Of a stretch of DNA of 64,000 bases, positions 1 to 9,043 are shown in pieces; within the stretch, counting starts at the first letter, position 1; each line of letters begins with the position of its first letter. Location of the stretch: the NCBI GenBank assembly GCA_046349955.1, contig JAXMBI010000007.1:5944-69943 (forward strand). The letters are read 5' to 3'. Under the pieces are notes generated by a model. The model was not told where the DNA came from. It searched no databases and saw only the letters and a list, made by a program, of their open reading frames with translations. Origin of the DNA: Pirellulales bacterium (GTDB lineage: Bacteria > Planctomycetota > Planctomycetia > Pirellulales > JBGAPH01). The position numbers were made by a program, and so were the translations under genes.

Positions 1-1452
1 GTAGTAGCTCCGCGCCAAATTGGCGGCGATCTTCACGCCGATTCCGCGGCGCACCAGCCCGTAGTAAGCCGCGCCGTGCGCCACCGCCAAGTCGAGCCGT
101 GGGTTACTGAGCACCACGGGGAGCCAACGCTGCGCCTGCCCCGCTGGCGTGAACCAATCCCCCAGGACCGCCAGCAACCGCTCGCGCAACTGCGTCGACT
201 CAAAGAGGCCGCCGTTGAACAGCACCAAATCCGGCCGGGCGGGGTCGTGGTCGGGCGCCGCTTCCGTCGGTTCGTCCCCCGCATGGCGATGGGTCGTCAA
301 AAAGGCGGCGAGGTAGCGGCTGATCGCCGGGTCGGCCGCAAACGGCAAGCCGAATTCCTGCAAGCCCGCGCGGCGGATCTCCGGCTTGGCGTCGAGCGTC
401 ACTCGCGGCAGGAAGCCCTCGACGAGAACCTGCGCCGCTTCTTCGCGTGAGACCTCGGCCTGCAAGCCGCCCCCCACGAGCTTCGAGCCGCTTCCCGGCA
501 GGCGCAGCGTATAGGTCTCCGGCGGATCGGGGCCGAGCAGGGTCTCCTTGAGTTTCCGGCAACTCCGCACGAGCACAGCCCACTGCCGGGGCGCGAGTTC
601 CCCGCCTGCGGAGAGCCGCTGTTCCAAGTGATGCGCGAGCGCGAGGTCGAGATTGTCTCCCCCCAGAATCAGATGCGGACCGACCGCCACGCGGTGAAAC
701 TGCACGCGCCCGCCGGCCGCCGAGCGCACGCGAATGAGCGTGAAGTCCGACGTGCCGCCGCCGATGTCGCAGATCAAGATCTTCTGCCCCGGCTGCACTT
801 GCCGATCCCACTGCTCGTTCTGCCGCTGGATCCAGGCATAAAAGGCCGCCTGCGGCTCTTCGAGCAACCACACTCGTGGCAGCCCTGCCTGCTTGGCCGC
901 CCGCACGGTGAGTTCGCGGGCGACTTCGTCGAACGAGGCCGGCAGCGTGAGCACCACGTCTTGCGTTTCGAGCGGGGCCTGCGGATGCCGGTGGTTCCAG
1001 GCTGCCCTCACGTGCGCGAGGATGCGGGCGCTGGCGTCGACCGGCGAGAGCCGCTCGGCGTCGGGCGCGCCGTGCCAGGGGAGCAGCGGCGCGGTGCGGT
1101 CGACCCCCGCGTGGCAAAGCCACGACTTGGCCGAGGCGATCAGCCGGCCCGGCGAAGCGGCGCCGTGGTCGCGGGCGAACACGCCGACGCAGTAATCGGG
1201 CGCAGACTTGTCCCAGGGCAGCCGCAGGGCGTCGGCCGGAAACTCGCCCGGCGCGGCCTGATAGTGGAACGAGGGAAGCGTGTCGCGCGCGTCGATTTCG
1301 CCGGGGGCCACGAGCTGCGGGACGAGAAAGGTCTCGACGCGCAGCTCAGGACGCGCGGTGTCGACAAAGCCGACTGCCGAGTTCGTGGTGCCGAGATCGA
1401 TGCCAACGACAAACCGCGCCGGCTCGCCAGCGGCTTCCGTGCCAGTGCTCAT
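1..1452 (-). CDS. Hsp70/DnaK-superfamily ATPase, N-terminal 484 codons; gene continues past the left edge (absent from the supplied ORF track)
   Basis: Own translation from ATG (complement of 1452-1450), open to base 1. Motifs: [31 protein letters not shown] (phosphate-1), [18 protein letters not shown] (phosphate-2), [11 protein letters not shown]. Track ORFs 200-1123(-) and 628-1593(+) are other frames of the same DNA. Confidence 0.8.
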   Translation of the reverse strand, partial: MSTGTEAAGEPARFVVGIDLGTTNSAVGFVDTARPELRVETFLVPQLVAPGEIDARDTLPSFHYQAAPGEFPADALRLPWDKSAPDYCVGVFARDHGAASPGRLIASAKSWLCHAGVDRTAPLLPWHGAPDAERLSPVDASARILAHVRAAWNHRHPQAPLETQDVVLTLPASFDEVARELTVRAAKQAGLPRVWLLEEPQAAFYAWIQRQNEQWDRQVQPGQKILICDIGGGTSDFTLIRVRSAAGGRVQFHRVAVGPHLILGGDNLDLALAHHLEQRLSAGGELAPRQWAVLVRSCRKLKETLLGPDPPETYTLRLPGSGSKLVGGGLQAEVSREEAAQVLVEGFLPRVTLDAKPEIRRAGLQEFGLPFAADPAISRYLAAFLTTHRHAGDEPTEAAPDHDPARPDLVLFNGGLFESTQLRERLLAVLGDWFTPAGQAQRWLPVVLSNPRLDLAVAHGAAYYGLVRRGIGVKIAANLARSYY

Positions 1453-1477
1453 GGGGCGGCGCAAAACCTCGAATGCG

Positions 1478-1500
1478 GTAGGGTGGGGCGCCAGCCCCAC
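1478..1500. repeat. Palindromic intergenic repeat, GTAGGGTGGGGC...GCCCCAC variant
   Basis: gtagggtggggcgccagccccac contains a 7-bp stem GTGGGGC/GCCCCAC. Related copies at 10535-10566 and 40135-40150. Lies between the GT2 and Hsp70 genes. Confidence 0.6.
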
Positions 1501-1528
1501 GCGGGAACACGTTGCCCAATCGCGGAGT

Positions 1529-2398
1529 CTACTCGATCCCCCGCGAGTACCGCACCGCGCACCACAGGCTGGCGACGCCGTCGCGCCAGGTGATCTTCTT
1601 CCCCTCGGCGTAGGTCCGCGGCCGATAGCGGATCGGCAACTCGTAGATCCGCACGTCGCGGAGGCTGGCCACTTTGGCCGTGATCTCGGGCTCGATGCCG
1701 AACCGCTGCTCGCGCAACGTCGGCGTGATCCGTCGCACCACGTCGCGACGAAAGACCTTGTAGCAGGTCTCGATGTCCGAGAGATGCCGGTTCGTGAACA
1801 GGTTCGAGACGAAGGTCACCGCCCGGTTGCCAAACACGTGCCAAAAGCCGTCGACGGCGCGGGTGGCGCTCTTGAAGCGGCTGCCGAAGACGACATCGGC
1901 CTCCCCTTCGACGATCGGCTGCAACAGCTTGCGGTACTCGGCCGGGTCGTACTCGAGGTCGGCGTCTTGAATGATGACCGCGTCGCCGCGGGCTCGCTCG
2001 AAGCCGGTTTTCACCGCGGCGCCTTTGCCGCGGTTTTGCGGATGGAGCACGATCTCGATCCCCGGTTGGCCGCGCCAGCTTTCCAGCACGGCCCGCGTGC
2101 CGTCGGTGCTGCCGTCGTCGATGAGAATGATCTCGCAGGGAACGCCGGCGGCCTGCACCTGGCGAACGACTTCGGCCACGGTGCGGATCTCGTTGAACAC
2201 GGGGATCACCACCGAGAGCAGAAACCCCTCAGGCAGTCGATAGACGCCGATCCTCCGGCAGACCTCGCGGCCGAAGAGCCGCTCGGCCAGATCGACGCGT
2301 TCTCCCTCGCTCAGCCCATCGGCTGCGCGGAGCAAGGCCTCGCGCAGCTCGGCAGCCGCGGCCTGGTCGGCGGTTTGGGGGTCCAACACGTCGCTCAT
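1529..2398 (-). CDS. Family 2 glycosyltransferase (dolichyl/polyprenyl-phosphate sugar transferase-like)
   Basis: [32 protein letters not shown] and [11 protein letters not shown] (GT-A fold DxD signature). Confidence 0.85.
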   Translation of the reverse strand: MSDVLDPQTADQAAAAELREALLRAADGLSEGERVDLAERLFGREVCRRIGVYRLPEGFLLSVVIPVFNEIRTVAEVVRQVQAAGVPCEIILIDDGSTDGTRAVLESWRGQPGIEIVLHPQNRGKGAAVKTGFERARGDAVIIQDADLEYDPAEYRKLLQPIVEGEADVVFGSRFKSATRAVDGFWHVFGNRAVTFVSNLFTNRHLSDIETCYKVFRRDVVRRITPTLREQRFGIEPEITAKVASLRDVRIYELPIRYRPRTYAEGKKITWRDGVASLWCAVRYSRGIE

Positions 2399-2755
2399 AA
2401 TTGCCCTGGTCAGCCGCGGCGAGCCCGCAGTTCGGCGAAGCCGGTCACCACCCCCATCATAGCCCGGCCGGGGAGGGGGATGCCAACGGCGGCCGGAAAG
2501 CGCGAAGTAGCCCGCTCTCTCCGCGAGCGGAATGCGCGACCAGCGCTATGCGGCGGTACCCGAGAATACGGTGATTGCCGCACCGGCTTTCCGCACGCGG
2601 AGCGTGCGGGCTACGAGAGCGGGCTACTTTCGGTGATTCCCGCCGGCACTCGTTCGCCGGGGGGTGATCGGGTAGTATTAGAGGGAGTTCTCCCAACGCC
2701 GGGCCTGGAGAGGGGCTCGCGCAACGTTTTTCGGAACCAGGAAGCCCCCGCCGCC

Positions 2756-4141
2756 GTGGCCACCGCCGTCTCGCCCATCCCTGCCCGCGCCACCGCCAAG
2801 GGCACCTACGCCTTCGTGAGCCTGGGCTGCCCCAAGAACCTCGTCGACAGCGAGCGGATGCTGGGGCTCCTGCAGCTCGATGGCTACCGCCTGGTCGCCG
2901 AGCCCAAGGGGGCCGATCTGGTGATCGTCAACACCTGCGGCTTCATCGAGCGGGCGCGGGCCGAGTCGTTTTCGGCGATCGAAGAGATGATCGCGCTCAA
3001 GAAGCAGGGAGCGATCCGCGGCGTGATCGTGTCGGGCTGTTTGGCCGAGCGGCAGAAAGAACTGCTGCTCGAGCAGTGTCCCGAGATCGACCACCTGGTC
3101 GGCGTGTTCGGCCGCGACGAAGTGACCAAGGTGGCCGACCGCCTGATCGGCGGGCTGCACGAGCAGCGCACGGTGTTCCAGCCGGCGCCCACGCGCCCCC
3201 TTTCCGACCGCTCGCGGTTGCGGATCACCCCCAAGCACTTCGCCTATCTCAAGATCTCCGAAGGCTGCGATCGGCTGTGTACTTTCTGCGCGATTCCTAA
3301 GATGCGCGGCAAGCACGCCACGAAGCCGATCGAAGAAGTGGTGGCCGAGGCCCGCGAGTTGGCCGCCGACGGCGTGCGCGAGCTGGTGATCGTGGCCCAG
3401 GACACGACTTACTACGGCCTCGATCTGTATGGCCGCCCGCGGCTGGCCGAGCTGCTCCGCGAACTCGAGCAGGTCGAAGGGCTCGAGTGGATTCGGCTGA
3501 TGTACATGTACCCGATGTACTTCGGCGACGACCTGATCGAGGTGATCGCCGGCAGCCCGAAAATCGTCCCTTATCTCGACATGCCCTTGCAGCACATCAA
3601 CGACACGCTGCTCCGCCGCATGCAGCGCCGCGTGGCCCGCGGGCCGACCGAGGAACTGCTCGGCAAGCTGCGAGCACGGATTCCGGGGCTCGTGCTGCGA
3701 ACGACGTTCATCACCGGCTTCCCCGGCGAGACCGACGCACAATTCGACGAGCTCTACGACTTCGTGGCCGAGCAAAAGTTCGAGCGGCTGGGCGCGTTCA
3801 CCTATTCCTATGAGCCCGACACGCCGGCGGCGCGGCTGCCGGGGCACCTCGACGACGCCACCAAGGAAGCCCGCCGCGAGCGGCTGATGGAGTTGCAGCA
3901 GCGAATCGCCTTCGAATGGAACGAGGCCCAGATCGGCCAAACCCGCGATATTCTGCTCGACACGCAAGTGCCGGGCGAAAAAAATGCCTGGATCGGCCGC
4001 GGCGCCGCCGACGCGCCCGATGTGGACGGGGTAGTGTATGTCAGCGGCAAGAAGCTGCATGCAGGGCAAATCGTGCCCTCCGAGATCGTGGCGACCCACG
4101 GTTACGATCTGGTGGCGGCGGCGGTGGGGAAACCCAAATAA
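2756..4141 (+). CDS. rimO: Ribosomal protein S12 methylthiotransferase RimO (radical SAM)
   Basis: [20 protein letters not shown] (RimO-type N-terminus), [14 protein letters not shown] (CxxxCxxC radical-SAM cluster) and a C-terminal TRAM-like region. The track ORF 1280-4141 is over-extended. GTG at 2756 was chosen because AGGAAG lies about 13 nt upstream; the start is uncertain. Confidence 0.85.
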   Translation: MATAVSPIPARATAKGTYAFVSLGCPKNLVDSERMLGLLQLDGYRLVAEPKGADLVIVNTCGFIERARAESFSAIEEMIALKKQGAIRGVIVSGCLAERQKELLLEQCPEIDHLVGVFGRDEVTKVADRLIGGLHEQRTVFQPAPTRPLSDRSRLRITPKHFAYLKISEGCDRLCTFCAIPKMRGKHATKPIEEVVAEARELAADGVRELVIVAQDTTYYGLDLYGRPRLAELLRELEQVEGLEWIRLMYMYPMYFGDDLIEVIAGSPKIVPYLDMPLQHINDTLLRRMQRRVARGPTEELLGKLRARIPGLVLRTTFITGFPGETDAQFDELYDFVAEQKFERLGAFTYSYEPDTPAARLPGHLDDATKEARRERLMELQQRIAFEWNEAQIGQTRDILLDTQVPGEKNAWIGRGAADAPDVDGVVYVSGKKLHAGQIVPSEIVATHGYDLVAAAVGKPK

Positions 4142-4159
4142 GGCGGAAGGGCGTAGCGT

Positions 4160-4744
4160 ATGTCGACGAGCACCAAGCCGGCGGCCCGCAATATTGTGCT
4201 CAACGTGCCCAACCAGTTGACTGGCCTGCGGCTGGTCCTCTCGGTGGCGCTATTCTGCCTGATCGGCCTGCACTACTACTGGTCGGCCTTCGTGGTGTTT
4301 CTCATCGCGGCCTCCACCGACTGGCTCGACGGCTACTATGCCCGCAAGTACGGCCAGGTGACGGTGCTGGGTCGGATTCTCGATCCGTTCGTCGACAAGG
4401 TGATCATCTGCGGCTCGTTCATCTACCTGGCCGCCGAGCCGGGCTCGGGCGTTCGCCCCTGGATGGCCGTGGTGGTCACAGGGCGCGAACTCTTGGTCAC
4501 CGCGCTGCGGAGCTTCCTCGAAGGAGAAGGGGCCGACTTCTCGGCCTCGATGTCGGGCAAGCTGAAGATGGGCTTCCAGTGCCTGGCGGTGGCCCTCAGC
4601 CTGTATGGCTTGAGCGCAGCGAGCGGCTTCGGCGGCACGCTGCAAATGGCGCGCGATGCGGCGATCTGGGCCGCCGTGACGCTGACGATCTATTCGGGGG
4701 CGATCTACGTGGTGTCAGCCGTGCGGCTGATGCGGGCGAAGTAG
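4160..4744 (+). CDS. pgsA: CDP-diacylglycerol--glycerol-3-phosphate 3-phosphatidyltransferase (CDP-alcohol phosphatidyltransferase family)
   Basis: DWLDGYYARKYGQVTVLGRILDPFVDK matches DG-x2-AR-x8-G-x3-D-x3-D. Multiple hydrophobic helices. Confidence 0.85.
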   Translation: MSTSTKPAARNIVLNVPNQLTGLRLVLSVALFCLIGLHYYWSAFVVFLIAASTDWLDGYYARKYGQVTVLGRILDPFVDKVIICGSFIYLAAEPGSGVRPWMAVVVTGRELLVTALRSFLEGEGADFSASMSGKLKMGFQCLAVALSLYGLSAASGFGGTLQMARDAAIWAAVTLTIYSGAIYVVSAVRLMRAK

Positions 4745-4792
4745 ACCCCTTCGCAGTAGGTGAGTTTCGCCTGCCGAGGACTGGGGCGACCA

Positions 4793-5746
4793 ATGCGACG
4801 TGAGTTCACGGCGTCGACCAGCGTTCGCAACCTTGCGATTTTCTTAATCGTTGTTTTCGGCGCGGCACTGCTTTTGGGGCTGGCCGTGATGCCTCGAGAG
4901 TCGCGGCCTTACTGGGCGGCGTTCTGGGCCTGCTGGATGCTGGCGGCGATTTATGATCTGCTCTACTACCAGCGGTTCCGCATGGTCGTCGACGGGTCGC
5001 GACTGGCAATCGAGAAGCCGTTTCGCTCCTACGAGATGGATCTCGCGCAGGTCAACCGCGCCCGCTGGCAGCACGTACCGACGCTGCTCAAGCTGAAAGA
5101 GGGAAGGAACTCCCTGCGGCTCGATTTAAGCCAATTCCGGCTCGAGGATCGACTGCCGCTCATCGAGTTGTTCCGGGAGGCGATCCCACGGAATGCCCAG
5201 CAAGGCTGGGACGTTTTTTGCCGTCGCGTGGCGCTGTCGCTAAGGCAGGTTGGTGCAGAGGATGTTCAGGACCGTCCGCTCGAGGCGGACGAAGTTCTGG
5301 TGACACGACGTAGGTTTGACCGTCTCTTCTTGTGCATGTTGCCGGCCGTGGCGGTTGTCGCTGGCCTCGCCGCCTGGTATTCGCACTCCTGGTTCTTGTT
5401 CTTTTGGAGTCTGTCGTCGATCGGCTTGATTTGGGCGCCATTGCGGTTCATGTTCCCCCAGAAGGGCTATCGAGCCCCGCGAATCACGCGACGCCGGGAC
5501 AGGTCGTACTTTGGATTCCTGCTCGGAGCGCTAGTCGTTGGGTTGGCGGGAATCTGGCTGAGTTTCGCGTTCAACGCGCCGCCGGCGATCACTTGGGGAG
5601 GCGCGGGGCTGTGGATCTTGGCTGTTCTTTGGAGGGCAGGTCTCGAAGGCCAGCGACGCACGGCCGAACTGGAACAAGCCGCCCTGGGCGCCGACGCCGA
5701 GTGGAATCGCCTGCTCGCAGCCGGGACGGCCGAGTTGCCCAAGTGA
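4793..5746 (+). CDS. Hypothetical integral membrane protein
   Basis: Hydrophobic helices (LAIFLIVVFGAALLLGLAV, WAAFWACWMLAAIYDLLYY, several C-terminal ones) flank a soluble middle segment. No motif recognised. Start is ATG 4793 or GTG 4760. Confidence 0.45.
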   Translation: MRREFTASTSVRNLAIFLIVVFGAALLLGLAVMPRESRPYWAAFWACWMLAAIYDLLYYQRFRMVVDGSRLAIEKPFRSYEMDLAQVNRARWQHVPTLLKLKEGRNSLRLDLSQFRLEDRLPLIELFREAIPRNAQQGWDVFCRRVALSLRQVGAEDVQDRPLEADEVLVTRRRFDRLFLCMLPAVAVVAGLAAWYSHSWFLFFWSLSSIGLIWAPLRFMFPQKGYRAPRITRRRDRSYFGFLLGALVVGLAGIWLSFAFNAPPAITWGGAGLWILAVLWRAGLEGQRRTAELEQAALGADAEWNRLLAAGTAELPK

Positions 5747-5775
5747 TCGGGCGCGAATCCCGCGCCGACATCAGC

Positions 5776-5985
5776 TCACGGCAGCGGCGCCCCCGCCTGG
5801 CTGTTCCGCGAGCCGAAGTTCCAGTCCCCCACGCGCACGTTGCCCGTGTCGGAGTTCCCCTCGACCCAGAGCTTCTTCGTCCGCTCGAGCGAGCGACGGG
5901 CCGCGTTGTCGGGCTTGGGACGCCAGAAGTTGCTCGACTTGCAGCCGCAGGCCATGGCGAGCAGCACGAGCAACACAACGCGCAT
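5776..5985 (-). CDS. Small lipoprotein (69 aa)
   Basis: MRVVLLVLLAMACGCKSS is a signal peptide with a lipobox. GGGAG lies 7 nt upstream of the ATG at 5985. The track ORF extends further 5'. Confidence 0.5.
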   Translation of the reverse strand: MRVVLLVLLAMACGCKSSNFWRPKPDNAARRSLERTKKLWVEGNSDTGNVRVGDWNFGSRNSQAGAPLP

Positions 5986-6038
5986 CGCAGAACTCCCGGC
6001 AACCTTTTCCTCTTTCATCGACCGCCTAGGCCAACGGT

Positions 6039-6704
6039 CTAAAGGTCGCCCAACCTCAAGGCCCGCTTGCCGAATGCTAGCGCCAGCAGGCGGCAGAGTA
6101 TCAACCCGCCGATCGCCGTGCCGGCCAACCAATGTGTCGCGGGCTCAGGCACGCTGACCAACTGCGCGGTCCGCGGCCGGCTGCCTGCGTCTTTGATCGC
6201 CAGTTCCCCGCCGCCAGACAGTGGGATGACATAGGCGCCGCCGGACAACGTGGTGAGGTAGTTCTCAAAGGTCGCAGGCGTGGGCATGTGCGGATCGAAG
6301 GCCGGATCGACCGCGCCATACGAATCCAGGAGGAAGGGATCGCCCAGCACAGTCAGCAGCCCGGCGGCGTTGATGTGCAGATGGTAGCTCGGGTCGAGAA
6401 GCGCCACGTTCAGGTCGTTGTTGGGTATGCCGGCGAAGTCGCCATGCCCCGCGATCGAGATCGAGAACTCGGTGACCAAGAAATAGCCTGCTCCCTCGCC
6501 GGCCTTGGGGTTGCGGTCGTGATCGGCATCGAAGACCGCACGGAAGGAGTAGGGCGTATCGTCGCCAAACGGAACCCCGTCGAGCGTGGAGGTCGGGCCG
6601 AACGAGCCTGTGGCCACGAGCGCCAGCAAATCGGCGCGCGCGTCGGCGCAGTTCGCGGCAATCCAGACGGCCGCCCAGGCGACGAACCAGGCGCTGCGCG
6701 TCAT
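6039..6704 (-). CDS. PEP-CTERM sorting-domain secreted protein
   Basis: N-terminal signal MTRSAWFVAWAAVWIAANCADA. C-terminus VPEPATHWLAGTAIGGLILCRLLALAFGKR shows the PEP motif, a TM helix and a basic tail. Start ATG at 6704 forms an ATGA overlap with the upstream gene. Confidence 0.7.
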   Translation of the reverse strand: MTRSAWFVAWAAVWIAANCADARADLLALVATGSFGPTSTLDGVPFGDDTPYSFRAVFDADHDRNPKAGEGAGYFLVTEFSISIAGHGDFAGIPNNDLNVALLDPSYHLHINAAGLLTVLGDPFLLDSYGAVDPAFDPHMPTPATFENYLTTLSGGAYVIPLSGGGELAIKDAGSRPRTAQLVSVPEPATHWLAGTAIGGLILCRLLALAFGKRALRLGDL

Positions 6705-7225
6705 TGCTGCTCCGCCGGGTGCATCCGGGCTTTCAGGTTTTCGAGCTCTTCGATGCGATCCAGCAGCCGCTCGCGGGCTTGTTCCAAGCTCGCGCGCGTC
6801 GTCTCCGAAGTCACGTTCTGGAGTGCGCTCTCCAAGCGCGCGATGTTCTCGCGGTTCTCGCGAATCTTGGTGTCCAGCGATTCGAGCAAATTGTCGCCGG
6901 CCGGCGCGGGCGTTGTCGCCTCGGGGAGCGCGGCTTCGCCGTGGGCAATCGTGGCCAGCACGTGCCAGCGATCCCCATCGAGGCGGTAAAGCGTGCCGTC
7001 GGTGGTGTCGAGCAGCCGATCGTCGCCGGCCGACGCGTAGCGCCCCACCTGGCCCGTCGGCGCCGGAGGCGTCATTTTGCCGACCAACCAGCGGGCCGCC
7101 GCAGGATCGATATTGCGGACCCGATGAGTTCGCGGCGCATCGGGAGCGCTGGTGGGCTGTTGCCCAAGCACGTAGCCGCCGACCAGTGCGAGCATGAGCA
7201 CGAAGGGAACTACAGAACGAGCCAT
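6701..7225 (-). CDS. Secreted protein with C-terminal coiled coil, hypothetical
   Basis: MARSVVPFVLMLALVGGYVLGQQ signal peptide, GAGGAG upstream of the ATG at 7225. The C-terminus LESLDTKIRENRENIARLESALQNV...LLDRIEELENLKARM is heptad-like. Confidence 0.5.
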   Translation of the reverse strand: MARSVVPFVLMLALVGGYVLGQQPTSAPDAPRTHRVRNIDPAAARWLVGKMTPPAPTGQVGRYASAGDDRLLDTTDGTLYRLDGDRWHVLATIAHGEAALPEATTPAPAGDNLLESLDTKIRENRENIARLESALQNVTSETTRASLEQARERLLDRIEELENLKARMHPAEQQ

Positions 7226-7391
7226 GACAACTTCTCCTCGAGAGGGACAACGCGCACCCCAGCCAATTATCGTTTCGGCCGCCAAAGGCCGGCAAGCCGG
7301 CGATCGTGTGTCGAAGCCGCCAGAGAACGGCCCTTTGCCGCCGGGGGGCCAGACTGCTACAAAGCCCGTGGGGCTAAGGAAGCGCAAACGC

Positions 7392-7967
7392 ATGCCGGGA
7401 TTCTGGGATCTCCTCACACCGCGGGCAGAAAACGCCGCGCTGGGATCGGCCGTCGGTCCCCAGCCGGGTGACCCCGCGCCCGAGTTCGAGTTGCCAGCTT
7501 CCGATGGTCAGGTCTATCGGTTGTCCACGGTGCTCAAAGGGGGCAAGTTCGTCGTGCTGGCCTGGTTTCCCATGGCGTTCACGCCGGTCTGCACGCTCGA
7601 ATGCCGGTCGCTGGGCAAGTCCGCCGGCATCATTGGCGGCTTCGACGCGGCCCTGTTTGCGGCCAGCCTCGACAGCGTGGAAAGGAACCGCCGCTTCGCG
7701 CAGATGCTCGGGCTCGACTTCCCCGTGTTGTGCGATCCCAATCGCTCGGTGGCCAAGGCCTATGGCGTGGCCGGCGATCGGGGGATGTGCAAGCGCTGGA
7801 CCTTCTTCATCGGGTCCGACGGCAAGATCCTGCACATCGATAAGCAGGTGAGCTTGCTCGGGCATGGGCAGAGCGTGGCCGAGACCCTGGCCCGGCTGGG
7901 CGCCCCGCGACGGACCGGCAGCGGCAACCTGAGCACGACCGAAGGAGCGAGGCAGGGCGATGTCTGA
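7392..7967 (+). CDS. Peroxiredoxin (AhpC/TSA, Bcp-like)
   Basis: PAPEFELPASDGQVYRL, FVVLAWFPMAFTPVCTLEC (peroxidatic Cys in the FTPVCT context) and WTFFIGSDGKILHI. Start ATG 7392 was chosen inside track ORF 7194-7967. Confidence 0.8.
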   Translation: MPGFWDLLTPRAENAALGSAVGPQPGDPAPEFELPASDGQVYRLSTVLKGGKFVVLAWFPMAFTPVCTLECRSLGKSAGIIGGFDAALFAASLDSVERNRRFAQMLGLDFPVLCDPNRSVAKAYGVAGDRGMCKRWTFFIGSDGKILHIDKQVSLLGHGQSVAETLARLGAPRRTGSGNLSTTEGARQGDV

Positions 7968-8976
7968 CCAACTGCTGATCTACGCCGCGGCGGGGGCCGC
8001 GCTCGCCGGCCTGATGGCCTATGTCGTGCTCGGCGGCGCCGATTTCGGCGGCGGCGTGTGGGACTTGTTCGCCACGGGCCCCCGGCGGCACGAGCAGCGG
8101 CTAGCCATCAAGCACGCGATGGGCCCGGTGTGGGAGGCCAACCACGTGTGGTTGATCTTCGTAATCGTCGTCCTGTTTACGTGCTTTCCCTATGGCTACG
8201 GCCCGCTGGCGGTCGCGCTCTTCGTGCCGTTCCATCTGGCCCTCCTGGGCATCATGCTCCGCGGAGCGTCGTTCGTGTTCCGCGGCTTCGGCCCTGCCCT
8301 GCGCAGCGATCGGGCGCTCGACGTGTGGGGCGTGGTGTTCGGCGCGGCCTCGATCATCGCTCCGTTCCTGCTCGGAGCGTCGTTCGGCGCGATCACCGAA
8401 GGGGGCGTGCGCGTCGGCGACGATGGGCAGGTCACGGTCGCCGACCATGCCCCCTGGCTCAGCGCCTACGCCGTGATCTGTGGATTGCTTGCGCTGTCGA
8501 CCTGCGCCTATCTGGCGGCCGTGTATCTGACGAACGAGACCGACGGCCCGCTCCGCGAGGACTTTCGCTGGCGGGCCATCATGTCGGGCACGTCGACGGC
8601 TGCGCTGGCGGGGCTGACGCTCGCGGCGGCCTCGCAATCGGCGCCGTGGTTCTTCTCCCAGCTCATCAGCCTGCGCTCGCTGCCGGTGCTCTTGGCGGGG
8701 ATGGTCTGCTTCGCAGCTTCGGCCTGGAGCGTATTCACGCGGCGGTTCGGGCTGAGCCGCATCTTTGCAGCGGGCGAGATCGTGCTGCTGCTGTTGGGCT
8801 GGGGACTGGCCCATCACCACTATTTGATCTACCCCGACCTAACGCTTGCCCACGCCGCGGCCCCGCGGGCAACGCTGGCGTTCGTGCTGGGGTCGCTGCC
8901 GTTTGGCGCGGCGCTGCTGGCGCCCTCGCTCTGGCTGCTCTTCCGCGTCTTCAAGCGCCAGCCAATGAGCGAATGA
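7960..8976 (+). CDS. Cytochrome bd oxidase subunit II (CydB)-like membrane protein, no adjacent cydA
   Basis: GGADFGGGVWDL and GPVWEANHVWLIFVIVV resemble the CydB N-terminal signatures (E. coli DGFDMGVG and APHWDGNQVWLI). Polytopic. Its ATG at 7960 overlaps the peroxiredoxin gene by 8 nt. Confidence 0.65.
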   Translation: MSDQLLIYAAAGAALAGLMAYVVLGGADFGGGVWDLFATGPRRHEQRLAIKHAMGPVWEANHVWLIFVIVVLFTCFPYGYGPLAVALFVPFHLALLGIMLRGASFVFRGFGPALRSDRALDVWGVVFGAASIIAPFLLGASFGAITEGGVRVGDDGQVTVADHAPWLSAYAVICGLLALSTCAYLAAVYLTNETDGPLREDFRWRAIMSGTSTAALAGLTLAAASQSAPWFFSQLISLRSLPVLLAGMVCFAASAWSVFTRRFGLSRIFAAGEIVLLLLGWGLAHHHYLIYPDLTLAHAAAPRATLAFVLGSLPFGAALLAPSLWLLFRVFKRQPMSE

Positions 8977-8999
8977 TGCCGAGCCCTCGACCGCGCTCA

Positions 9000-9024
9000 T
9001 TAGCCCCCGGCGAGTCGCCGGGGG
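9000..9024. repeat. Palindromic repeat TTAGCCCCCGGCGAGTCGCCGGGGG (solo copy)
   Basis: Near-perfect 10-bp arms CCCCCGGCGA/TCGCCGGGGG. Lies between the convergent cydB-like and pseudopilin genes, so it may act as a bidirectional terminator. Same family as the termini of the elements at 15853-16105. Confidence 0.65.
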
Positions 9025-9043
9025 TATCGTCGGCGAAGGCTGC

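Noticed and set aside
200-1593. Track ORFs 200-1123(-) and 628-1593(+)
   Set aside because: A third frame on the minus strand (ATG at 1452, open to base 1) gives a clean Hsp70 ATPase domain. The listed ORFs have Arg/Ala/Pro-rich nonsense composition.
1280-2755. 5' two-thirds of the 953-aa ORF ending at 4141
   Set aside because: Only the last roughly 460 residues are RimO. The upstream part overlaps the well-supported GT2 gene on the other strand and has no motif. Similar trimming was applied to 9044-11698, 10241-11635, 6039-7295, 6701-7417, 16124-16888, 40195-41505, 51210-52964 and 53467-55662.
7194-7391. Search for a cydA remnant upstream of the CydB-like gene
   Set aside because: The region is too short, and its translation (all frames in the track) shows no CydA-like helices or haem-ligand contexts. 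It is treated as the 5' UTR/over-extension of the peroxiredoxin ORF.
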